DNA of 64,000 nucleotides from Candidatus Latescibacterota bacterium (GTDB lineage: Bacteria; Latescibacterota; UBA2968; SICM01), in contig CBDCJO010000002.1 in assembly GCA_965217865.1 (NCBI GenBank), positions 1 through 64,000 on the forward strand. Direction: 5' to 3'. Numbering within the stretch: position 1 is the stretch's first letter; each line of letters opens with the position of its first letter. The position numbers and the translations under genes were made by a program. The notes under the pieces were generated by a model. That model ran no database searches, was not told where the DNA came from, and worked only from the letters and a program-made list of their open reading frames with translations. This document shows positions 1 through 9,705 of this stretch, piece by piece.

Positions 1-397
1 TGGTCATAATACTCAAGGACGTCATATTTCCGGATGCCTGATACACGTTGTTGACAGCATCCACAAGAGCCTTATTGGTGGATTTGCCATCTCTGATCCA
101 GGATTTATAGGGAAGGGCTTTGATCTTAGTATTGCGATATCCGATCTCACCTTCGACCCGGAACGGCCATCCATTAATTTTGCTGCCAAACGCCCCACGA
201 GTATTAAAGCCAGTGTCAAACTTAGAGACGTTTTGGGCCACTATCAACGACCCACGCACGCGACCGCTTGATATTAACTCTGCGTCGTTTACGAATACAG
301 GTCCTCCGATGATGGAAACGTAAGAACCAAGCGGCAGCAGCTTCGCCTCGATTGGCGCGACCGCAAACATCGATAACAGAAAGATAGTCTTGAACAT
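1..397 (-). CDS. outer-membrane beta-barrel (opacity/porin-like) protein, runs off window edge
   Basis: Hand translation from ATG at 397 (RBS GGGAGG at 405-410): MFKTIFLLSMFAVAPIEAK signal peptide, then FDTGFNTRGAFG..FRVEGEIGYR barrel motif; frame open to position 1, so absent from the ORF track. Confidence 0.6.
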   Translation of the reverse strand, partial: MFKTIFLLSMFAVAPIEAKLLPLGSYVSIIGGPVFVNDAELISSGRVRGSLIVAQNVSKFDTGFNTRGAFGSKINGWPFRVEGEIGYRNTKIKALPYKSWIRDGKSTNKALVDAVNNVYQASGNMTSLSIMT

Positions 398-411
398 CTC
401 ACTTCCTCCCA

Positions 412-663
412 TCAAAGATAATCCAGAATAACGTCTGCATGACAAGGTGCACCAAGCGGACACCAGCACGACAGGTCATGGCCTGTTAATTTTTCCTTCG
501 CTTCGGCAAGCATGCCGGGTTGAGATAAAAACCAAACCCGATACTTATCCACGCAGCCAGGCCCCGTGAAAGGGTTTCCCCATCTTGACGGCCGCCCGAC
601 GTAAATTGATCCCCGTGGGGATCGCCATCCTTTGGTCCGCTGCCTTTGAATCCGAACGTTCAC
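412..663 (-). CDS. DUF4326 family protein (phage-associated)
   Basis: YVGRPSRWGNPF and GHDLSCWCPLGAPCHADVI motifs. Confidence 0.85.
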   Translation of the reverse strand: MNVRIQRQRTKGWRSPRGSIYVGRPSRWGNPFTGPGCVDKYRVWFLSQPGMLAEAKEKLTGHDLSCWCPLGAPCHADVILDYL

Positions 664-803
664 TTTCTGATCCTCATTGAATTAACGGCCATGCTGTAAC
701 ACTTGGAACACATAGGACGAAGGTGCTTGGCGGGGGATTCTTTGTACAGGTTTTTGTGCCCTGACGGGGTATCTGCCCAGGCGTAGACCAACTCGCGATC
801 GTT

Positions 804-1073
804 TTGTCAAGACTATTTATTTGGCTTCGCCAGACGTCGTCAAGCAAGGACAAGGTCCTCGCTAGGGACCGGCTGGGCGCGATGCTTGAAGTCGTTGCAG
901 ACATTGCCGAAGACCCGGAAGCGCCCCCAGGCGTACGGCTCACGGCGGCGAACTCCTTCCTGGATCGGTTGGCAGGGAGGGCGGCAAGGATGGGTTACGC
1001 TCCACACGTCCTCAGGGATAAGGAAGACGCGCGCCGAGACCCCCTGAGTTTGGCCCCTTGGGCCTCCCTCTAA
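804..1073 (+). pseudogene. phage-related fragment (terminase small subunit-like)
   Basis: VVADIAEDPEAPPGVRLTAANSFLDR resembles phage small-terminase-like helical motif; no clear start. Confidence 0.35.
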
Positions 1074-1233
1074 AAGGCCGTTAGGTCGAGGCTTGGCCGT
1101 AGCGCCTTTGACTCACCCCGGTATCGAGGCGCGCCTGTGGCGCCCCGGAGCCGGACGGCCCACTGGCTCGCGGAACAAGGCAACCCTCGCCCGCGCGCGA
1201 GACAGGCGCGGCTCAAGGCAGCGAAGGTGAACG

Positions 1234-1545
1234 ATGGTGGGACGTAAAACAAAGCTGACACCCGAGCTCGGGGCCGAGATCGCTGAAAGTGTTCGGAAGG
1301 GGCCTCTCGAACAAAGACGCCTGCCGGGTGGCGGGAATCAGCGAAAGGACTTTCTATCGCTGGCTCCGAGCTGGCGCGGCGGCGAAATCGGGTCAATTTT
1401 GTCATTTTTTGGAGTCCATAAAAAAGACCGAGGCGGATCTCAAAGTCTCGAACCTTGTTGTTATCCAGAAGGCCGCGCTGGAGCCCACGGTCACGGCCAA
1501 GGAGCATGTCCGGCAGAACCCGGATGGAAGCACGATCACTGGCCC
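1234..1545 (+). pseudogene. phage HTH / terminase small subunit-like protein, frameshifted
   Basis: MVGRKTKLTPELGAEIAESVRKG continues in another frame as LSNKDACRVAGISERTFYRWL; extra G in GGGG near 1300 relative to the paralog at 63711. Confidence 0.6.
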
Positions 1546-1602
1546 GTCCAGGCCGCCGAAGACTTCACCGATGGGAACCAAGCCGTCTCGTTTGCTCTGC
1601 AT
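1540..1602 (-). pseudogene. N-terminal stub of plasmid-type replication protein
   Basis: MQSKRDGLVPIGEVFGGLDGPV resembles a RepA N-terminus recalled from similar elements; only ~20 codons. Confidence 0.3.
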
Positions 1603-2352
1603 TGGGTTTCCGTCATTTTCTCATGTTCCCCAGACACAAGAAAACGACAGGACTGATTGGGAGAAAGCATGAGCATTGATGGAGGAGACCGGAACAGCCT
1701 TCTGTTCCGTAGACGGTCATCAGGATTGATCAAGCGATCGGCGAAGGGTTGCGATCAATGCTTGGCGGAAACCATCGTCGTTATCCCTAGACCAGGGGAC
1801 GGTTGTGCAATGCGTTCATGTGCTTTATTACACGTGGTTCCTAGGATCCGGTGGCTTTTATTGACACGGAATCTCCAGCCCACATCTCTGCGAGGTGGAT
1901 ACTGGGGGCTTCATGAAAGTATTTGAACTTGGATACCCCTTCCTTTGGAAGGGGAGGAAAAGTTTAGCTTGCCGAAGGCAAGCTAAAAGGATGTCTTATC
2001 GTGTTCAGACCACTGAGACACAAATCGACTCAGGAGGCATACGATGGGACTCCGACGGACCAGTCACGCAGTCTATGATAGCCTGTATCCTCTGGTATGG
2101 GCACCGAAGTACCGGAAATGGATTCTGGGAGGTGACCAACGAGCGTATGTGGGCAAGCTGTTTCATCGGATAGCAGAAGATTTTGGGGGTGGGAGTGGTT
2201 AATGCCCCGCCCTTTGGGCGGGGTGGTTTACTCGGGTCTTCGCTCTTGCACGGACGCCATATCGACTCACCATTCATGTCACGTAGCATCCTTTCGTCTA
2301 TAACACTTTCTGCACTGACGGCAATCACCACAAAGGTAATAGCCAAGCCTCG

Positions 2353-2428
2353 TCGAACGCAGCTTCGTCAAGGAACGACGCTGAACCGGTTGCGTGAAAC
2401 TCACGGGACCTCCGGTTCTCTCCATCCG
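2353..2428. repeat. ~70-bp dispersed repeat, copy 1 of 3
   Basis: cgaacgcagcttcgtc..gacgctgaaccggttgcgtgaaactcac..gacctc also at 35439-35498 and (partially) 36865-36905. Confidence 0.8.
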
Positions 2429-2474
2429 TGGATGCTGTAGCCCATCCGTGACCGTTCAAGAAAGGAGTCCGACC

Positions 2475-2914
2475 GTGAAGAAGAGCGTTTACCTGGCAAA
2501 CCCCTACGGGTTTTCACAGCAGCAGAGACAAGGACTGCTTCCCGCCTTTGTAGAGGCGATCGGTTCGCTGGGAGCGGAGGTGTGGGAGCGAAACAATCAG
2601 ATCGACTTCACCGCGTCCGGATGGGCATACAAGGTGGGACAGGCTGACCTGAAGGACGTTGTCGAGGCGGACGGTATTTTTGCGATCGTGAACGGTACCC
2701 CGCCCGACGAAGGCGTCATGGTAGAACTCGGAAGACCTTCCTCTTCCGCGACGATTTAAGAAGATGTACAGACTCCGAAGTCTATCCCCTGAACCTCATG
2801 CTCTTCACCGGTCTCCCTGAATGGGGGTGGGAAGACTACTACTATACGTCTGTGAGGGAGATCTCTTCTCCGAAGAAGGCGCTGGCCCGGTGGCTGCGTG
2901 GCGAACTCGACTGA
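2475..2914 (+). pseudogene. nucleoside 2-deoxyribosyltransferase family, frameshifted
   Basis: VYLANPYGFS..ADGIFAIVNGTPPDEGVMVELG, then frame change to KTFLFRDDLRRCTDSEVYPLNLMLF; RBS AAGGAG before GTG 2475. Confidence 0.8.
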
Positions 2915-2985
2915 CCTCATACGAAAAAATCGCCTTTTCTATGCCGCGTATAAACAATTACATCATTGCATTTTATACGGTTTGC

Positions 2986-3765
2986 TTAGGGTTCAGGCGG
3001 TTTGGGCATCGAATCAGGCTCTACTTTGCTGTATTCAGTGCTGAATTCTCTGATATGATCTTCCAAGGCTTCAACATTCGCTTCGTGGTCATCCAACTCA
3101 GATGTGATATCCCTCACCCTATCTGCTTCCAGCACCATCAATTGGATAGGATCCGAAACCCCGCCGGTGCTCGTTCGGATTGCCTGCTTTAGCGTCCAAG
3201 TGGTTGCAAAGACGCCTTCCGCCAATTTTGGCAAACGTTTCTCCCAGAATAGCCTTCTGATAAACGCCAAGAATGGGTCTGCCGTCTTCTGTTCGCTCCC
3301 GACCGAAAGAAAGGGAAGATCCTCGCTCGCAGCTTCTCCGGCACCTTGGTAATCGAACTGAAGAAGTGTGGGCTTTCCCTTGACCGGCAAGGCCACAACA
3401 CTTGAACATAAGGCACTCGTGGCTGCGTTTTGATGTCCGACGAGATTGGCTACACTTTGCGCCGTTTGCGCTGCTGGGATGATGTCTTTCTTGAATTCAG
3501 TGCTGATGGTACGCATGGCATCAGCAGCGCTCTTGCACTGCGTTTTGGACAGCTTGTTTGTCCCATTGAGAGATTCAACTTGATCAACCAGTAGTTGAGA
3601 CATCCCAACGGGGCCAGATACGCCAACGATGATTCGATTCCCGACGCCGCAGAGCTTTTTCGTTGGCTGACGAGCCGTCTGGGAACCGAGTGATCCGAGT
3701 GTCGCCGCTCCGTCTGATCCCACGACCACTCCGTCTTTACATAAGATCCCTACGATCAGAGTCAC
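2986..3765 (-). CDS. proteasome beta-subunit-like Ntn-hydrolase (Thr protease)
   Basis: True start GTG at 3765 gives (M)TLIVGILCKDGVVVGSDG: Thr1, Asp17, Lys near 35, SVGS and TGGVSDPI motifs. Confidence 0.75.
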   Translation of the reverse strand: MTLIVGILCKDGVVVGSDGAATLGSLGSQTARQPTKKLCGVGNRIIVGVSGPVGMSQLLVDQVESLNGTNKLSKTQCKSAADAMRTISTEFKKDIIPAAQTAQSVANLVGHQNAATSALCSSVVALPVKGKPTLLQFDYQGAGEAASEDLPFLSVGSEQKTADPFLAFIRRLFWEKRLPKLAEGVFATTWTLKQAIRTSTGGVSDPIQLMVLEADRVRDITSELDDHEANVEALEDHIREFSTEYSKVEPDSMPKPPEP

Positions 3766-3767
3766 TG

Positions 3768-4193
3768 TTACTCTCCGAAAACGCTGTTGACCTTGTAGGC
3801 TGGGAAGTGCGCGTAGATCGTTTTGATCAGATCCTGGAACGAAAGATCCTGAATCCACGTGACAAGCAGCTTCAAATATTCCCAAGGCTGCTCCGGTTTC
3901 GTCGCGATTTTTTCTGCGGCTATCTTGCCCTCTTCTGTGATCCAGTATTCTCGCCAGCGCACGCCCGGTACGGGCAACACGACGATCAGTCCCTCAAGGA
4001 CCATCCGGTCGGCCTCTTTATATACCTCATGCGAAAACGGGCCATAGTGATACGGCTCGAACTTGTAGAAACTGCGCCCCCCCAGAAGCCCGGATTCGCT
4101 CAACAGAAAAAGGCTCTTCTGTAACTGTACCGGCTGTAATCTGTAGTCCTTTGCGGCCAGAAGGGCTAATAGAATCCAATCCTTCTTTTTCAT
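3768..4193 (-). CDS. winged-helix protein, YwgA/SocA(Panacea)-like
   Basis: LQKSLFLL..YKFEPYHYGPFSHEVY..YWITEEG..IYAHFP signature; stop codon 2 nt before the protease start. Confidence 0.7.
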   Translation of the reverse strand: MKKKDWILLALLAAKDYRLQPVQLQKSLFLLSESGLLGGRSFYKFEPYHYGPFSHEVYKEADRMVLEGLIVVLPVPGVRWREYWITEEGKIAAEKIATKPEQPWEYLKLLVTWIQDLSFQDLIKTIYAHFPAYKVNSVFGE

Positions 4194-4369
4194 CCCGATG
4201 GTTCTCCACTTTTGATCTTCGGTTCGAACATTCGTTTTGGCAGATCGATCGCACTTGGCCGTGGTATGAGCAGACTCCTTCCGGGCTTCTTCCTGATGCT
4301 CATATCCCCTCCCTTTCAGTCCATTCCGTTGATCAGGCGAAGGTTTACCACAAGCTTTTCAACCCCAAA

Positions 4370-4734
4370 CTAGTACACCCTGACACCTAAAACTTGGGAT
4401 AGAGCTTCTTCAGTTTGATGCGGGCGTCGGTGGTCCTGAACTGCCAATCAATGGTTCTGTGTTTCTCGTTTCGATCACATTTCCAGGCCTCCACCTGGTT
4501 GGTGAGGGTCTGCAGGTCAGGAATGCGGCTGTGCAGGCATTGTCTGGCAAGGACGCTCAGTTCGATCTCGGCGACATTGAGCCAGCTGCCGTGCTTGGGG
4601 GTGTAGCGCAATTCGAGGCGTTTGGCTAGAGAACGGGCCTTTTCGGGTGGGAAGGCCTCGTAGAGAGATGCGATGGTGTGAGTACTGAGGTTGTCGCAGA
4701 CCAGGACCACGACTTCCGCATCCGGGTAGTCCAC
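4370..4734 (-). mobile_element. IS630 transposase C-terminal fragment and right end
   Basis: [39 protein letters not shown]. Confidence 0.9.
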
Positions 4735-4834
4735 CTCAAGCAGCGTAGTTATATACTTGATGCGGCCAACGGGCCGAGAAATTGAATCGTTGTGGGGACG
4801 GCTACAGCACTACGCATGTGAATGAGCCATCGGT

Positions 4835-5045
4835 ATGCCTAAGAAGAAGTACATTGTTCGTCTGACAGAAGGAGAACGCGAGTGGCTGGATCGATCCGCC
4901 AGCTTTACGAAGCCTTTCTACCCGCGAAGGCACGCGCGTTGGGTGTCTTGAACTACGCTACACGCCGAAACACGATAGCTGGCTCAACATCGCCGAAATC
5001 GAGCTCAGCGTACTGACCAGGCAATGCCTCAAGCGACGCATCCCC
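4835..5045 (+). mobile_element. internally deleted IS630 transposase remnant
   Basis: MPKKKYIVRLTEGERE N-terminus joined to [24 protein letters not shown]. Confidence 0.75.
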
Positions 5046-5680
5046 ATGGGTTGTGCCAAGCGTGGGTACATTCGACGACCCAGCGACGAGCAGGGTAGAT
5101 TCTTGACGGTGGCAGAAGTATGTGGAAGTTCACCTCGTTTTCCGCCGTGCAGGATATGGTCGCGTTCAAGGACTCCGCCCATCAACCGCGATTACATCCA
5201 GCGTCTTCAGGGCGACGGTCTTTGTTGTGGGTATTAGCAGGGGGCACCACGACTGACAAAGGGGCACCCCGCCGGTCGGTCAACACACTGCACCTAGGTG
5301 CCCCGCTTCCTTCGGTCCACAGGGCTTAACCGGTGGCCTGTCTACCCCCACGGATGCTTTGGTGATCGCCCCATCGAGAGCCTTGGGAGGCGCTTAAAGA
5401 GTGGATACACGGTGAGATTCAAAGGAGATTGCAGGAGGAAAAGGTAACCGCCTTTTGGGGTCGATGTCCTTACGAACGGCATTCTGGAGTCGATTTAATT
5501 TCTGGCTATCGCAATGGGTATGGCAAGCCTCGAAAACTGAACCTGACGGGTGGCACGATTGAGGTAAAGCGACCTTGTACGGGGTCTGGAAGAACGGTTT
5601 GAAAACCGGATACTGCCGTGGGGATGGGGCATCTTCCCTCCTTGAACTTCCCTTTGCTCCACCAGATCTGACGAATATGG

Positions 5681-5779
5681 GTCTCAGTTTGAAATTCGAG
5701 GGGAGTAGGTCTTTGGACGGTTCGGCTTTGATGCCCTCGCGTCGATCAATCCTACAATCCACTTCATATCGCGAAGGGT
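5681..5779 (-). mobile_element. IS1-family transposase C-terminus and right end remnant
   Basis: TLRDMKWIVGLIDAR tail ending in ttcaaactgagac; near-identical copy at 31582-31686. Confidence 0.55.
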
Positions 5780-5789
5780 ATCCTTTATA

Positions 5790-6080
5790 CTATCGTCCCC
5801 AGATGTACTTATTAACCTTGTACGCCTGGGGCGCTTTAGTTAAACCCGCCCGCATAGGAAATTCCAGGCCCGGCGTAACCATCTGAGACGGGCCATTCAA
5901 GGGATAGACCTTAACGGTACCTCCCCTCTTCGGAACCGGCGCCCACCAGATTAGATTGCGCTGGACACCCCGGTACCGCGTCTTCGGGCTATAGACAAAA
6001 GCGCCGCCCAGAGCCGATGGATTATACTTGACGCGGAAGTCCTGACCGCCGACATTGAGCTTATTGGGTTCAATATTCAT
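5790..6080 (-). CDS. hypothetical protein
   Basis: MNIEPNKLNV.. 96-aa portion of ORF 5790..6479 with protein-like composition; no family recognised. Confidence 0.35.
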   Translation of the reverse strand: MNIEPNKLNVGGQDFRVKYNPSALGGAFVYSPKTRYRGVQRNLIWWAPVPKRGGTVKVYPLNGPSQMVTPGLEFPMRAGLTKAPQAYKVNKYIWGR

Positions 6081-6084
6081 AATC

Positions 6085-6595
6085 ACTTCGGCGCGCGCCC
6101 GGGCGCAGGCGTGGCCGGCATCCCGAGAAGGCGATATCAAGCGCCACCAGCGGGCGCTTCCCCACGGCGAGGTTGCATGCGCAATAGAGGCGGTGCAGGC
6201 TTCGGATAGCTTCTCTGGCCGCGAAGCTGGCCTTCGAGTTCCTGGTGCTGACGGCGTGCCGTTCGGGCGAGGTCCGCCTGGCCCGGTGGGACGAAATCGA
6301 CCTGGAAGCCCGCCAGTGGACCATCCCCGGCGAGCGCATGAAGGCGAAGCGTCCCCACCGGGTGCCGCTGTCCGGGCGGGCGCTGGAAGTCCTGAGCGTA
6401 GCGCGGACTCTCGCCCAGGAGGAGACCGGTCTGGTATCTTCCGGTATAAGATATAGCAAACCGCTGTCAGACGCAACACTTTCCAAGCTGCTGTGGGAAC
6501 TCGGCATTCCGGCGGTGCCTCACGGGTTCCGGTCGAGCTTCCGCGACTGGGCGTCGGAACGCACCGACGCGCCGCGCGCCGTCATGGAGGCGGCC
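6085..6595 (+). pseudogene. P4-like tyrosine integrase catalytic-domain fragment
   Basis: LTACRSGEVR..WTIPGERMK..HRVPLS..HGFRSSFRDW; frameshift near 6215; truncated before the catalytic Tyr. Confidence 0.9.
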
Positions 6596-7420
6596 TGTCC
6601 GGTCTGCTCAATCCGTTCAAGGTGCGGCCCGGGCACGGCTCCGCTCCACCCGGGAAACCGCGTACGAAGAAACAGCTTGAGCGTGCGTACGACAGGGACA
6701 AGCACGACGGTGTAGATTGGCCGTATAGAAAGTTGTTTATCTCGATCTTCTGGGGCGACTTCGGAAAGTATGTCATCAAACCCAAACTCCGGGACTTCAG
6801 CCAGTATCCGCTCTCCTCGGTCCAGCCAAGGCGTGACCTAGAAGCGGAGTATCCCGTAGAGCTAGGGCAGCGCTGGGTTTTCGAACGTGTGCTCTCTCTT
6901 GGTTGGACCCCGCGGGCATTCGCCAAATTTGATCAGCACCAAGTAGGACATCAGACCGATCACAGCAGCGAGCACAAGGCTGAACGCTTCGGGAAGAAGT
7001 ACCAGTGGATAGCCCTTCGCGAACTGGCCGCAAGGATCGCGGACAACTTCCACATGACAGACTTCTTCGATGATCAGCCGGTGACCTATGCATGGCCGTG
7101 GCAGTTCTTCGGCCGAGATATCGACCCGACACTGCCGCCTCCGGCCCGTAAGCACAACGAGGATGGTGAGTTCGAGTTAAGCCCAACCTTCGCCTCAGAT
7201 GAGAAAGCGTGGTGGACTCCGCCGGGGCCGAGTTACCGTCGCGACGATCCGCCGGTCGGTGAAGACTGGGCGGTCGCGAGTGACGACATACCGGAGTTCG
7301 AACCGCTTGTAAGAAGGAGGGACGAGAGCGGAACTTGCTGGGTCGTGTTGAACGCCCATTACAACTGGGACGACGAAGTCCCAGAGGATGAGGAGATGCA
7401 GTCCCGGCGCCGTCGACAGC
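6596..7420 (+). pseudogene. C-terminal fragment of Avs2-like (AVAST/STAND) defence protein
   Basis: ERFGKKYQWIALRELAARIADN..WPWQFFGRDIDPT motif; no ATPase N-terminus. Confidence 0.65.
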
Positions 7421-7562
7421 CGAGCCCCCACTGGAGTTCGGGGTTCCATGCCCAGGCGCATATCTTGAACTGCTGCGCGTTCACAACCCCGCGCCGCCAC
7501 ACCGATGATTTCATCAAGCAACCCTCCCTCTCCCGCTCCAGGGCCAGGACATCGGCGCGGAA

Positions 7563-8010
7563 GTTATGACTGACGAACAGAGAATGGTTCCGGGGAGAGG
7601 ATCATATGGGGAGCCATATTCCCATCCGCCAACTTCGGCGGTCGTCCGTTAACGCAAGACCCCGTGGGGCAACCCTTCGGGGTCCTGTCGTTTCTGCCGT
7701 ATTCACAAACACTTGTGCCACCTCCTTCCCTTTCTGCCGATTCTCTGTTTCAAAGCTTTTCCCCCGGTGTCCGAGCACAACCGTGGGGTTGCGTCCGCTG
7801 AGCAGAGATATCTCCTCCGGATTCTCTGTTTTTCGCGTCCACCTTGTTTAACAGCCCGGTTGCATCCGGGCGGCCGGCTTCGACGTTTCGGGAAGGTCCT
7901 CCGGCAAGTATTCACAGGAAGCCGGACCCGGTGGGTCCGGTCACCAGCTTACGGCAGCTCACCGGACAGCGGAAGCGGCCGTGCGCCCGGAGCCCGGAAT
8001 CGTAGCCGGC
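7563..8010 (+). repeat. long structured non-coding element, copy A
   Basis: High identity to 34627-34996 and 62542-62914; several hairpins; no conserved ORF. Confidence 0.9.
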
Positions 8011-8059
8011 GACAAGCGTCGTGGCGAACGGCACTTGTGCACTCTCCCGGGTCTACACG

Positions 8060-8547
8060 GTCGAGGCAACTCGCCTCAAACGGCTCGGCGCACACTTATA
8101 CTCTCAAGAAGGAGAAGCGCTACCGTTATTATGTCTGCCGGAATGCCCGGCAGCGGGGCCGGGCGTCGTGTCCGGGCAAGTCGCTTAATGCTCACGAGAT
8201 CGAAACCGCAGTGGTGGAGCACGTCCGCGGCACCGGGATGAACGAACAGGTCGTGGCGGCCACAGTGGCCAAAGCGCGGGAACAGCGGCTGACCGCTCTC
8301 CGGGAAGAGGCTTTCGCTCTCGAGCGGGAAGCCGTGGATGAAAGCGACCTCGCCCGGGCCCCTGGAGGTCTTCGACCCGGTCTGGGCGGCGCTGGCTCCG
8401 AGGGAGCAGGCCCGAAGACTCCGGCTGCTCATCGAGCGGATCGGCTACGACGGACGGGACGGCACGGTGACCGTCACCTTTCGCCCACCCGGCATCGAGG
8501 CGCTGTGCCGGAAGGCGGGTCTCAACGGACAGGAGGTCATGCGATGA
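8060..8547 (+). pseudogene. large serine recombinase C-terminal fragment (zinc ribbon, coiled coil)
   Basis: RYRYYVC..CPGKSLNAHEIETAVV, frameshift, then FDPVWAALAPREQAR..LIERIGYDG. Confidence 0.8.
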
Positions 8548-8745
8548 GCGGTCGCGCATCCGATGCAACCCGGGCCGGACCCGGACCCCTGGAAGTGTCC
8601 TTCACGTTCCAGCGCGGAAACGGCCGGAACAACGGCTGCCGCCACACGGATCAGGACCGGAATGTCGAGCCGGGGAATATACCTCGCATATCGAGACTGA
8701 CGGCCCTGGCGATCCGGTTCGAGGGGCTGGTCCGGTTCAAATCCT
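8544..8745 (+). pseudogene. truncated serine-recombinase-associated small protein
   Basis: GNIPRISRLTALAIRFEGLVR motif, typical of the gene following such recombinases; ATGA coupling. Confidence 0.6.
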
Positions 8746-8747
8746 GT

Positions 8748-9070
8748 TGACCCACGGCCACGGGGACCATACCGTCCACGACCAGCATATCAACACCGAT
8801 CCTGGCGTTTCCGATCGCCCCATCCGGGTTTTTCGGAAACCATGCACAACGGGCGCTATCGACCAGCCGCTGTCCGTGCAGACCGAGAATGTTTGCCAGT
8901 GCCACAATCCGGGCATCATCAGGAACGAATCCTGCGCCGGTAATCCGTGCGAGATCCCCAGCCTTTAGCCCGGACCTCTGCTCCACATCCCGCTGTGCAA
9001 GCCCTTGACCCCGGAGGGACTTTCCCACCACATCTTCGAACAGATCCTCAAGGGCGGTGTAGTAAGACAT
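8748..9070 (-). pseudogene. HTH + MBL-fold hydrolase, N-terminal part only
   Basis: LEDLFEDVVGKSLRGQGL..ALANILGL HTH N-terminus; truncated where recombinase-element sequence begins. Confidence 0.55.
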
Positions 9071-9109
9071 AATAAAATCCCCCATATCCGGGTGACCCGA
9101 AACATTCAC

Positions 9110-9143
9110 AAAAAGATAGGGTGAGTCCCCGACTCACCCTATC
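9110..9143 (-). terminator. rho-independent terminator of the RND operon
   Basis: Perfect 13-bp stem gatagggtgagtc/gactcaccctatc, 3-nt loop, followed by a T-run on the minus strand. Confidence 0.8.
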
Positions 9144-9162
9144 GAATGGAAAAACACCCGCC

Positions 9163-9628
9163 TTAAAATCTCCGGTTGACGTAGAATTGAAGACCCTTGT
9201 TTTGAAGATCACTCGCCACGTGTAATCCGATGCCTTTGATCTCGAACCGGTTCAATTCCTCTTTCTCATGATCTAAAATTCCATGACCCTCGTCGAGCAT
9301 CAAGAGATAGATCCCGTAGGCCAACGTACCGCCTCCGAGGCCCAGCATGATCGCCATCCGGGTATCTTCCCCGTTTGGACTCGTTATAGAAGTTCAAGGC
9401 CTGCTGGGAATCGCCTGCGGTCTTGTAGGAATCGTAGTTCCGGTTGGCCTCCTGCCTGGCATCGTAGGCCTCTTTGAAGAAGAACAGGCTCGACGCGGTT
9501 GAAACCGCGCCGTAAAACTTCTTGGAAAACATGAATGAGCCGCTTTCGGCGTAAGACCGTGGGCCGGACGATAGGAGCAGAACCCCAAAAAGGACGGCAG
9601 ACATAACCGATCGGATTCCTGGTTTCAC
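9163..9628 (-). CDS. exported/membrane hypothetical protein, single frameshift near 9370
   Basis: Signal peptide in ORF 9266..9628; removing one G from a G4 run joins it to ORF 9163..9357. Confidence 0.6.
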
Positions 9629-9705
9629 CGCATCACCCCCCTTTTAAACAGATCTCTTTTGATTTTCCCGGCCCACCTGACCCCTTCCCTCGCTTCTTCG
9701 TCCCT

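Noticed and set aside
2353-2428. Integron attC site
   Set aside because: No RYYYAAC/GTTRRRY boxes, no regular cassette spacing, no integron integrase.
7585-7631. tRNA gene
   Set aside because: Only acceptor-end-like motifs; no cloverleaf, D-arm or anticodon arm.
7606-7915. Small ORFs within the long repeat (MGSHIPIRQL.., RTRWVRSPAYG..)
   Set aside because: Frames are broken by indels between copies; treated as non-coding.
6493-8750. 358-aa and 345-aa ORFs as real fusion proteins
   Set aside because: Read-through across junctions of unrelated fragments.
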